A stretch of 43,330 nt of DNA, taken from the NCBI GenBank assembly GCA_964416345.1, contig CAYQDX010000002.1, positions 1 through 43,330 of the forward strand, read 5' to 3'. A program made the position numbers and the translations under genes. Positions 8,638 through 17,000 of this stretch are shown here, piece by piece. The notes beneath the pieces were generated by a model that was given only the letters and a program-made list of their open reading frames with translations, searched no databases and was not told where the DNA came from. The stretch comes from an uncultured Ectothiorhodospiraceae bacterium (GTDB taxonomy: Bacteria; Pseudomonadota; Gammaproteobacteria; CAYQDX01). Positions within the stretch are counted from its first letter, which is position 1, and every line of letters starts with the position of its first letter.

Positions 8638-9596
8638 TGCTGTCGCGGGTCGCCGAGAATATCTACTGGGTGGGGCGCTACGTGGAGCGGGCGGAGAACA
8701 CCGCGCGCCTCATTAATACCACCACCAATCTGCTGCTGGATCTGCCCCGGGGCATCGCCCTGGGCTGGGCGCCCCTGGTGAACATCATGGGCGTCTCCCA
8801 GGAGTTCTACCAGAATTTCGAAGCGCCATCCGAGCGCAACGTGCTGCGATTCCTCATCTGCGATGAGCGCAATTCCAGCTCCATCACACGTAGCCTGGCG
8901 GGGGCACGGGAGAACGCCCGCACCCTGCGCGACGTGCTGCCGCGCGAGGCCTGGGAGCAGATAAACGACTCCTATTTATACGTGCAGTCCCAGGCCGCCG
9001 GTGGTCTGGGGCGACGCTCGCGTTTCGATCTGATGCGCAATGTCATTCTGCGCTGCCAGACCATCGTCGGTCTGCTGGGTGGCACCATGAGCCACGACGA
9101 GGCCTATCAGTTCTCCCGCCTGGGGCGTAATCTGGAGCGGGCCGACATGACGACGCGCATCGTGGACGTGAGCTCGGCGGACCTGCTCCCCAAGCAGGCC
9201 GACGACCTCAAGCCCTACGCCAACATCCGCTGGATGACCGTGCTGAAGTCTCTCACCGCCTACCAGATGTATCGCCAGCACGTGCAGGTGCGGGTCAAGG
9301 GCCCCGACGTGCTGCGCTTCCTGCTTCAGGACCGTTTTTTGCCGCGCGCGGTGGTGCATTGCCTGGGGAATGCCGCGACCTGCTTGCAGGGCCTGCCGAA
9401 CAACGACGCGACCCTGCGCACCCTGGGCCGGGTGCGGCGGCGGGTGGACGACGCGGACGTCTACACCCTGGCGACGACCGGATTGCACGAGTTCATAGAC
9501 GATCTGCAGCTCGGCCTCAACGACATCCACGTGGCCATCGCCCAGACCTATTTCGGTCTGGATCTCCCGGGCGCTATGACTCAGGCTCAGGGATAG
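8637..9596 (+). CDS. Alpha-E domain protein (COG2307 family)
   Basis: MLSRVAENIYWVGRYVERAENTARL is the canonical alpha-E N-terminus. The ATG overlaps the upstream TGA by 1 nt (TGATG), which indicates translational coupling. Confidence 0.9.
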   Translation: MLSRVAENIYWVGRYVERAENTARLINTTTNLLLDLPRGIALGWAPLVNIMGVSQEFYQNFEAPSERNVLRFLICDERNSSSITRSLAGARENARTLRDVLPREAWEQINDSYLYVQSQAAGGLGRRSRFDLMRNVILRCQTIVGLLGGTMSHDEAYQFSRLGRNLERADMTTRIVDVSSADLLPKQADDLKPYANIRWMTVLKSLTAYQMYRQHVQVRVKGPDVLRFLLQDRFLPRAVVHCLGNAATCLQGLPNNDATLRTLGRVRRRVDDADVYTLATTGLHEFIDDLQLGLNDIHVAIAQTYFGLDLPGAMTQAQG

Positions 9597-9644
9597 TGCT
9601 CCACCGAGGTAATAGTTGCGTAATTATCACCTTGATGGAGTACT
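9595..9644. repeat. Palindromic extragenic/3'-end element, copy 1 (degenerate)
   Basis: AGTGCTCCACCGAGGTAATAGTTGCGTAATTATCACCTTGATGGAGTACT aligns along its whole length with the perfect palindrome at 42774..42827. It spans the 30-nt gap between convergent genes. It overlaps the alpha-E TAG (9594-9596) and contains the transglutaminase TGA (9627-9629). Confidence 0.8.
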
Positions 9645-10508
9645 CGGCCGCATGTCCACGCCCACGTAGAGCTGATGGGTGCCGTTGCCGTAGATCACGC
9701 CCTTCAACGGCGGCACGTCCGAGTAGTCTCGACCCCAGGCGAGCGTGATGTAGCGACCGTCCGGCATCTGGTCGTTGGTCGGGTCGAGATCCCTCCAGCC
9801 GGCACCCGGCTGATAGACCGACAGCCAGGCATGGGAAGCGTCGGTCCCGTCCAGCCGGGCCTCGCCCGCCGGCGGCGCGGTCTCCAGGTAGCCGCTCACA
9901 TAGCGGGCCGCCAGCCCCAGGGAGCGCAGGCAGGCCATGGCCAAGTGGGCGAAATCCTGGCACACGCCACGGCGCTGGGCGAGCACCTCCGAGAGGGGGG
10001 TGGTGACGGTGGTGAAGCCCGGCTCATAGACGAATTCCCGATGGATGCGGGCGCTGAGGCTCTGCATCGCCTCCAGCAGCGGACGTCCGGCGGGGAAGGA
10101 TGGGCGGGTGTAGTCCCTCAATGCGGACGTCGCGGCGGCCAGAGGCGAATCCAGCACCATGGCGCGCGCCTCCAGGGCTTCAGGAGCGAGACCGGTGCTG
10201 ATCTGCTCGGCGGCCTGCTCCCAGGCTAGCGGCGGTGGCAGTGCGGGCGGCGCCTCATCGGCCTCCACTTCGCTCACCGCGCGCACGCTCAGCTCGCCAT
10301 GGGGCCGCTGCACCGAGAAATAGCTCACGGTGTTGCCGAAAAAGTCCTTGCGCTCGCGATAGGCGGTGGGCTCCGGCTCCACGCTGAGGCGGCTGGTGAA
10401 CAGCCGCTGGCCGGCGCACGCCCTGGGTATCAAGCGCGCCTCGTTGTGGCCGACGTGAGTCGGCTCCCCGTAGACGTAGCGCGTCGTGTGGGTGATGCGA
10501 TATCTCAC
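9627..10508 (-). CDS. Transglutaminase-like cysteine peptidase family protein (COG1305; N-terminal bacterial transglutaminase-N region plus core)
   Basis: ORF 9627..11201 is over-extended. The real start is the GTG at 10506-10508, forming a GTGA overlap with the stop of the upstream gene. The protein starts VRYRITHTTRYVYGEP..., typical for the family, and retains Cys (RRGVCQDFAH), His (DASHAW) and Asp (DLDPTN). Confidence 0.9.
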   Translation of the reverse strand: MRYRITHTTRYVYGEPTHVGHNEARLIPRACAGQRLFTSRLSVEPEPTAYRERKDFFGNTVSYFSVQRPHGELSVRAVSEVEADEAPPALPPPLAWEQAAEQISTGLAPEALEARAMVLDSPLAAATSALRDYTRPSFPAGRPLLEAMQSLSARIHREFVYEPGFTTVTTPLSEVLAQRRGVCQDFAHLAMACLRSLGLAARYVSGYLETAPPAGEARLDGTDASHAWLSVYQPGAGWRDLDPTNDQMPDGRYITLAWGRDYSDVPPLKGVIYGNGTHQLYVGVDMRPSTPSR

Positions 10509-13066
10509 AGCAACGGCTCGGCGTGGGTGGGGGCCAGCGGCTGTGGTCCACGGGCGTGGCTGAAATAGCTGCGCGCGATGGCGCGGGAGCCATCGGCCAG
10601 TCCCTGGAAGATGTCGGCCAGCAGCCGGTCCAGCGCCTGGCGCAGGACCGTGCCTTCCGTGACCTGCGCCAGCCGCTCTGTGTCGGTGAGCCGCAGCCGG
10701 GTGTAGAGATCCAGCACCAGCCGCTCTTCGGGGCTCAGACGGTGGGGCACGCGCTTGCGTGGCAGCTCGGCCACGTGGCTCTGCAGCCGGGCCAGCTGGA
10801 AGGCCAGGGACCGGGGGCTGGTCTCGTCCAGCAGCATGAGGTCCAGGGCCGACTGAGCCTGAAGCCGGGATCGGTAGCGGCGGCGATGGGTGATCAGGGT
10901 CTCGTTGGCGGTGAGCACGGCCTCCAGCAGCAGCCGCTCCGTCCAGGGGTTCCGCTGGACCACCAGGGTCGCCCGCAACAGTGAGGCAATCTGCATTCCC
11001 CGCTCCAGCCGCCGGCCCAGGTCCAACAGTAGCCAGCCCTGTTCCCGGGTCATGCTCTCCATGGTCAGTCCGGTGAACGCCACCAGATCCGTTAGCAGCC
11101 CATCGAGCCGACCCTCCAGACGGTCCAGGCCGCGTCTGGGCTTGCGGAGGCGCCAATCCTGGTCGATGTCGTCGATCACGCGCCAGGTGTCCTGGGACCA
11201 TAGGTCGCGCACCTCGAAGGCGGCCTGCACCAGTCCCTGCAGCGTGGCCGAGAGGCCGCCGCTGCGACTGCGATCCATGGCCAGGCTGAGCAGCTCCGGC
11301 TCGGGGTTGGCCAGGCGCTCAGCGGCCCCGTCGCCGACGAAGCCGGGATAGCTCATGGTGAGGTGAGTGAGTGCCCCCAGCAGGGCGTCCAGGCACCCGC
11401 GCTCTTCGGTCCCCGCCGTCTCGTCGCTATTCCGCAGGGTCCGCAGCACCGTGCGCAGCAGCCGCACCGCCCCTTCGGCTCGCTCTGCGTTGCGGCCTAC
11501 CCAGTACAGGTTGTCCGCGACGCGGCTGGACAGGGCGTCGCTGCGGGCCACCAGGGCAGGGCCGGAGAGCGCTAACGGCGGTGCGATCGCGGCCGGCTCG
11601 CCTTCGGTCGCCAGCACCCAGGTGTCCTTGCTGATGCCGCCAGCCTGGTTCGTGACGATAAGGCTGTCCCGGTCCGGACTGATGCGGGCGAGGCCGCCGG
11701 GCATGACGGTGTACCCGCGCTCGCCCGCCACCACGAAGCCTCGCAGCATGACGTGGCGCGGCGTCAGACGTCCTGCGGCCAGCGCCGGGGCGGTGGAGAA
11801 GCCGATCTGCTCTTGCGCGACGTACTGCGCGGGATGGGCGCGGATGCGCGCCCGCCACTTGGCCAGCTCCCGGCCGCTCAGGCGGGAGCCGAACACCGAG
11901 CGGAAGTTCTCCCGCCTGTCCACGGGCTTGACCACCAGCTCAGGCAGATGGCTCAGCACGTACTTGAGCTCGGCTGGCTGGCCGCACCACCAGGTCGCCA
12001 CCGAGGGCAGCAGCAGGTCCTGGTCCAGTAGGCGGCGGGCGGCGCCGGGGAGGAACGGCAGCAGGGCGGGGGTCTCCAGCACTCCGCTGCCCAGCGGGTT
12101 GGCGACGGCCACCTGCCCCCGCCGCGCCGCTTCCAGCAGGCCTGCTACCCCGAGTCTGGACTCTTGCATCAGCTCCAACGGGTCGCAGTACGCGTCGTCC
12201 AGCCGGCGCAGGATGACGTCCACCTGGCCCAGGCCCTCCAGCGACTTCAGCCAAACCTTGGCATTGCGCACCGCCAAGTCGTCGCCCTGCACGAGCGTGT
12301 AGCCCAGGTTGGTGGCCAGGTAGGCGTGCTCGAAGTAGGTCTCGTTGCGGGGGCCAGGAGTGAGCACCACCACCCGCGGATTTTCGCGATGCACGGCAGC
12401 AATCCGGGCCAGGCAGCTGCGCAGGGTCTCGAAGAACACACCCAGGCGCCGCACCCGGCAATCGCGGAACACCTGGGGCAGCACGCGACTCACCACGCTG
12501 CGGTTCTCCAGGGCATAGCCGGCGCCCGAGGGGGCCTGGGTACGGTCGCCCACCACCCACATGCGGCCGTCCGGACCGCGCGCCAGGTCCGCCGCATACA
12601 GAAGGAGCTGGTGGTCACCACGCAGCCGCACTTGGTCGCAGGGGCGCAGGAACCCACTGTGAGCATAAACCAGCTCCAGTGGGAGCAGGCCTTCACTGAT
12701 GAGCTGCCGTGCGCCGTAGAGGTCCTTCAGCACGAGATCCAGCAGCTCTGTGCGCTGGGCCAAGCCGGCCTCGATGCCCGACCACTCCGCGGCGTCCACG
12801 AGCAAAGGCAGCGCGTCCAGCTCCCAGGGCCGGTTGACACCCTGAGGATCCCCATAGACGGTGTAGCTGACGCCGCTCTCCCGCAGCAGCCGGCGCAGGT
12901 CCTGGCGCCGAGCCTCCAGCTCCTCGGAGCCGATAGCGTCTAGGGCGCGGGCGAAGCCTTGCCAGTGCGGACGCAACCCGGCCGCGCCAGCGCACATCTC
13001 GTCGTTGCCCTCGACCTCCGTGGCATAGTCGGCGGTCAGACCGATGGTTTTGTCGGCGGAAACCAT
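10505..13066 (-). CDS. Fused circularly permuted ATP-grasp + alpha-E protein
   Basis: ORF 10505..13117 (TTG start). I prefer the ATG at 13066 (MVSADKTIGLTADY...NDEMC..GLRPHW), although the TTG at 13117 lies 1 nt after the upstream stop and is a real alternative. The N-half carries YALENR, VANPLGSGVLE and ISKDTWVL. The C-half starts LSSRVADNLYWVGRNAERAEG, which is the alpha-E signature. Confidence 0.85.
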   Translation of the reverse strand: MVSADKTIGLTADYATEVEGNDEMCAGAAGLRPHWQGFARALDAIGSEELEARRQDLRRLLRESGVSYTVYGDPQGVNRPWELDALPLLVDAAEWSGIEAGLAQRTELLDLVLKDLYGARQLISEGLLPLELVYAHSGFLRPCDQVRLRGDHQLLLYAADLARGPDGRMWVVGDRTQAPSGAGYALENRSVVSRVLPQVFRDCRVRRLGVFFETLRSCLARIAAVHRENPRVVVLTPGPRNETYFEHAYLATNLGYTLVQGDDLAVRNAKVWLKSLEGLGQVDVILRRLDDAYCDPLELMQESRLGVAGLLEAARRGQVAVANPLGSGVLETPALLPFLPGAARRLLDQDLLLPSVATWWCGQPAELKYVLSHLPELVVKPVDRRENFRSVFGSRLSGRELAKWRARIRAHPAQYVAQEQIGFSTAPALAAGRLTPRHVMLRGFVVAGERGYTVMPGGLARISPDRDSLIVTNQAGGISKDTWVLATEGEPAAIAPPLALSGPALVARSDALSSRVADNLYWVGRNAERAEGAVRLLRTVLRTLRNSDETAGTEERGCLDALLGALTHLTMSYPGFVGDGAAERLANPEPELLSLAMDRSRSGGLSATLQGLVQAAFEVRDLWSQDTWRVIDDIDQDWRLRKPRRGLDRLEGRLDGLLTDLVAFTGLTMESMTREQGWLLLDLGRRLERGMQIASLLRATLVVQRNPWTERLLLEAVLTANETLITHRRRYRSRLQAQSALDLMLLDETSPRSLAFQLARLQSHVAELPRKRVPHRLSPEERLVLDLYTRLRLTDTERLAQVTEGTVLRQALDRLLADIFQGLADGSRAIARSYFSHARGPQPLAPTHAEPLL

Positions 13067-13118
13067 GGACAAAGCTTGCCGTGTCGGCGCCCGGGTGGCA
13101 ACGGCATGGGAGGGCAAT

Positions 13119-13862
13119 CTACTTGGAGGACGCCTTCTCGAAATCGAATCGCGGCAGCTCGTCGAAGACGCGTTTCAAGCCCTCGGTCCAGTGCTTGCGC
13201 AGCGATGCATAGTAGGGCGTATTGAGCTTGAACCTGTAGCGGCGTCCCTGCACCAGGCTGTCCTTGTGGTACAGCAGCAGTTCTACCGGCGGACCCACGG
13301 ACAGGTTGCTGCGCATGGTCGAGTCGATGGAGACCAAGGCACAGCGCCCCGCGTCTTCCAGCGACAAGCTGGGCTGGATGATGCGATCCAGGATGGGCTT
13401 GCCGTATTTGGTCTCCCCTATCTGCAGGAAAGGATGCTCGGGGCTGACGCGGATGTTGTTCCCTTGCGGATAGATGAGAAAGAGCTCCGGCGGCTCCGCC
13501 CCGATCTGTCCGCCGAGAATGAAGCTCGCCTCGAAGCTCACCGCCTGCTGGGTCATCCCCTCCTGGCGGCGCTGAATGGCGGCGCTCACTTCACCCACAT
13601 ACTCCGCCGCCTCCGTCATGTGGGCGGCGGTACGCAGGGTGGGCTGCTCGCCTTGCAGCTTGCTGTCCAGCTCCAGCTTCTTGACCACTGCCTGCGTGGT
13701 GCCCAGATTGCCCGCGCTCAGCAGCACCAATACCCGCTCGCCCTCCCAAACGAAAGTGTGCATCTTGCTGTAAGTGCTGATGTTGTCCACCCCCGCACTG
13801 GTCAGGGAGTCAGAGGCGAACACGAGACCCGCATTCAGGGAGATGGCGAGACAGTAAGTCAT
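13119..13862 (-). CDS. Anbu-type proteasome-like peptidase (COG3484, N-terminal nucleophile hydrolase)
   Basis: From ORF 13119..14111, trimmed to the ATG at 13862. MTYCLAISLNAGLVFASDSLTSAGVDNISTYSKMHTF..GERVLVLLSAGNLGTTQ matches my memory of Anbu sequences, with Thr directly after Met. Its genomic context alongside ATP-grasp, alpha-E and transglutaminase genes is diagnostic. Confidence 0.85.
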   Translation of the reverse strand: MTYCLAISLNAGLVFASDSLTSAGVDNISTYSKMHTFVWEGERVLVLLSAGNLGTTQAVVKKLELDSKLQGEQPTLRTAAHMTEAAEYVGEVSAAIQRRQEGMTQQAVSFEASFILGGQIGAEPPELFLIYPQGNNIRVSPEHPFLQIGETKYGKPILDRIIQPSLSLEDAGRCALVSIDSTMRSNLSVGPPVELLLYHKDSLVQGRRYRFKLNTPYYASLRKHWTEGLKRVFDELPRFDFEKASSK

Positions 13863-13977
13863 TGGCGCACCACCAGGGTGTGTCGGGACGCTCGATCTTA
13901 CACTACGAGCCTGGCCTAGCAATGGGGCCGCTCGCGCCGGCATGGCTCGCGGCGGCCGGGCCTGGGGCGGCTGCCTT

Positions 13978-14006
13978 TTGCAATGGGCTCTGGATTGAGA
14001 TACAAC
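13978..14006 (+). promoter_or_regulatory. Candidate sigma-70 promoter for the TPR/FG-GAP lipoprotein gene
   Basis: TTGCAA (13978-13983), a 17-nt spacer, then TACAAC (14001-14006), about 80 nt upstream of the ATG at 14089. This is a motif match only, and the last -10 position is non-consensus. Confidence 0.25.
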
Positions 14007-14088
14007 TTCTGCCTCACCTGAGCTCGACCACCCGGATGCAATTTCGCCAATGACGGCCCGTGCCGCATCTCGCCAAAAAGGCAGTCTC

Positions 14089-17000
14089 ATGCGCCCTGTC
14101 CTAGTCTGCATCGTGCTGCTGCTCTCGCTGGCCGCATGCTCGGGTCCGCCGGAGGGTCAGAGCCAGAGGCAGCCGGGCGGCGCTCGCGACCACGCGGCGG
14201 CACCGGGTGCCGTCGCGGCCCGGAGCCGGCCGGTCGGGCCGGACGCCGAGGCCATCGCCGCCAACAACCACGGTGTGGGCCTGATGGGCAAGTTCGACTA
14301 CCCGGCCGCCTACGATGTGTTCAACCGGCTGGCGCAACGCTACCCGGATTGGCTGGAGGTGCAGGTCAACCGGGCGATTGCGACCCTGAATCGGCAGCAG
14401 GAGGGGGACGAGGCCGCTGCCCTCGGCATGGTCGATCAGGTGCTTGCGAAGGAACCCGGGAATCTGCGGGCCAATTACGTGGCCGGTCTACTGCGGCTCT
14501 ATCTCGCCTCGCCCCAACAGGCGGTGACCCACTTCCAGCGAGTGGCCGAGGCGGATCCCAAGGATGCGTACGCCGCCTACTACCTGGGACAGTGCCTGGC
14601 GCAATTGTCCAAATATGGGGAGGCCCTGGCCCAGTATCGGCGGGCCCTCACCTTGGACCCCTACCTACGCAGCGCCTACTACGGCGCGTTCCAGACCCTG
14701 CAGCGTCTGCACAAGACCGCGGCGGCGAGGACGCTGATCGGCGACTACCAGCGGCTCGCCAACAATCCCCGGGCTCGCCTGGCGGAGCTCAAGTACACCC
14801 GCATGGGACCCAAGGCCGAAGCGCTGGCAGTGGACCTGCCGGCCCCCGTGCCGGTGCCCCGGCCCGGCGGAGAGGTCTTCACGGGGGCGGCGGGCCTCCC
14901 CATCGACGGTGGGGCCGCGCTTGGCTGGGCCAAGCACCAGGCGGCGGATCGCAGCGCCAGCGTCACCGCCGTGGATCTGCAGGGGGACGGCTACCTGGAT
15001 CTATTCGTCGCCGGCGCATTGGCCGGTGCCCCGGGTCCCAATCTGGTGTTGGAGGGCAGTGCGACGGGGACTTTCAAGGTCGTCCAGGGATGGCCATTGA
15101 GCGGCGTGGACCACGTAAGCGCGGCCCTGTGGGGTGATTTCGACAACGACGGCTTGGTTGACGTCTACCTCTGCCGCCGGGGCGCCAACCAGCTCTGGCG
15201 CCAGGCGTCCAAAGGCAAGTGGGAGGACGTCACCGCCAAAGCCGGGGTCGCCGGCGGCGATCACGAAACCCTGGGCGGCACCGTGCTCGACGCCGACCAT
15301 GATGGTGATCTGGATATTTATGTGATCAACGCGGATGGTCCCGGCGAGCTGTACAACAACAACCTCGACGGCACCTTCAGACCCTTGGCGGCATCCCAGG
15401 GTATCGGCGGCAGCGCCAAGGGGGCGCGTCAGGTCCTGCCGGTGGATCTGGACGGCGACCTGGACCTGGATCTCGTGGTCTTCAATGCCGCTGCGCCTAA
15501 CGACGTCTATCTCAACGACCGCATGTGGGTCTACCGGGAGGCGTCCGGCTACGACGCGCTACGCAAGGCCAGCGTGCTTGCCGCCGTGGCGGGGGATGCG
15601 GATGCCGACGGCATGCCGGAGATCTACACACTCTCCCGCGATGGCACCGTGCGGCGCTGGGGCGCCGGCTTCGGCGGGACTTGGCAGGGGCAGAACCTGC
15701 CGGAGCTCGCCGGCCCACTGCCCGAGGACGGCGGCGCACGGCTCGCCCTGCTGGACGTGGATGGCGACGGGACGCCGGAGCTGCTGCGAGCCACGGCCGA
15801 TGGCTGGCTCGCCGGACGGCTGGGTGCGGGCGACCGGCAGATCCTGTACCGCGCCCAGGCCGATCTAGCCGGCTGGGCGCCGGTGCTGCTGCAGCCGGGC
15901 AAGGGCCCAGAGGTGATCGGGCTGCAGGCTGCAGGCGGATTGCAGCACTGGGCCCCGGGGCCGGGTCGCTATCCTTTCCTCGGTCTGACCCTCACGGGCA
16001 TGGAGGACAGCGGCGCATCCATGCGCTCCAACGCCTCCGGCCTGGGCGCCCGGGTGGCGGTGCGGGTGGACTCCCGCTGGAGCATCGCGAGCAGCCTGCC
16101 GCAGAGCTCGGGGCCAGGCCAATCGCTGCAGGGTGTGGCGGTCGGCCTCGGCGGGGCGCCCAAGGCCGACTTCGTTGCCATCGACTGGTCGGACGGAGTC
16201 TATCAGAGTGAGCTGGATCTGCAGGCCGGAGAGTCGCATCGCATCTCCGAGACCCAGCGCCAGCTCTCCAGCTGCCCCGTGCTGTTTGCCTGGGACGGCA
16301 AGCACTTTGCGTTCGTCAGCGATCTGCTGGGCGTCGGTGGACTGGGCTATGCGCTGGGACCGGGTGAATACGCGCCCTCACGGCCATGGGAGAATTTCCT
16401 ACTGCCTAGGGACTTGGCGCAGCCTCGTGGGGGCCGCTATGAGCTCAAGATCAGCGAGCCCATGGAGGAGGTGGCCTACCTCGATGCGGCGAGCCTGCGC
16501 GTCTACGATCTGCCGCCCGGCTGGGATCTGGTGCTGGACGAGCGCATGGGCACTGGTGACCCGGAGCCGACCGGGGCGCCATGGCTCTACCGCGCTGAGC
16601 TGCTGCCACGGTCGGCCCGCAACGAGCGGGGTGAGGACGTGACGGCGGCAGTGCTGCGGGCCGATGGTAGGGCCGCGCCGCCGGGTGCGCTGGATCGACG
16701 CTTCATCGGTCGTCTGGCCGGCACGCATGTGCTGACTCTGGAGCTCCCGTCGGCCCTGGACGCCCATGCCGGGAAGCCGGTGCTGGTGATGGACGGCTGG
16801 GTGGAATACCCGTACTCGCAGACCATGGTGGCGGCGTGGCAGGCGGGGGCGGCCTACCATTCACCCGCCCTCGAGGCTCGGGGGGCCGACGGCCGCTGGC
16901 ACACCCTGCTGCGCGAGTTCGGCTACCCGGCAGGGATGCCGCGGCGCATGTCGGTGCCACTGGCTGGGCTGCCGGCCGGCACTCGGGCCTTGCGTCTACG

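Noticed and set aside
10509-11201. N-terminal 231-codon extension of the transglutaminase ORF in the track (9627..11201)
   Set aside because: The extension is a Pro/Gly/Arg/Ala frame artefact lying inside the alpha-E half of the upstream gene. The family-typical N-terminus VRYRITHTTRYVY begins at the GTG in the GTGA overlap at 10505-10508.
14136-15137. 333-aa alternative-frame ORF inside the TPR/FG-GAP gene, and similar ones at 15335..15868, 15525..16211, 24420..25220, 25503..26186, 26180..27061, 26728..27927, 28466..29047, 29492..30049, 30110..30817, 34720..35409, 41620..42372 and 37336..38284
   Set aside because: All are off-frame or antisense to genes with clear family motifs, and are Arg/Gly/Pro/Ala-rich. 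This is the expected background of long open frames at this GC content.
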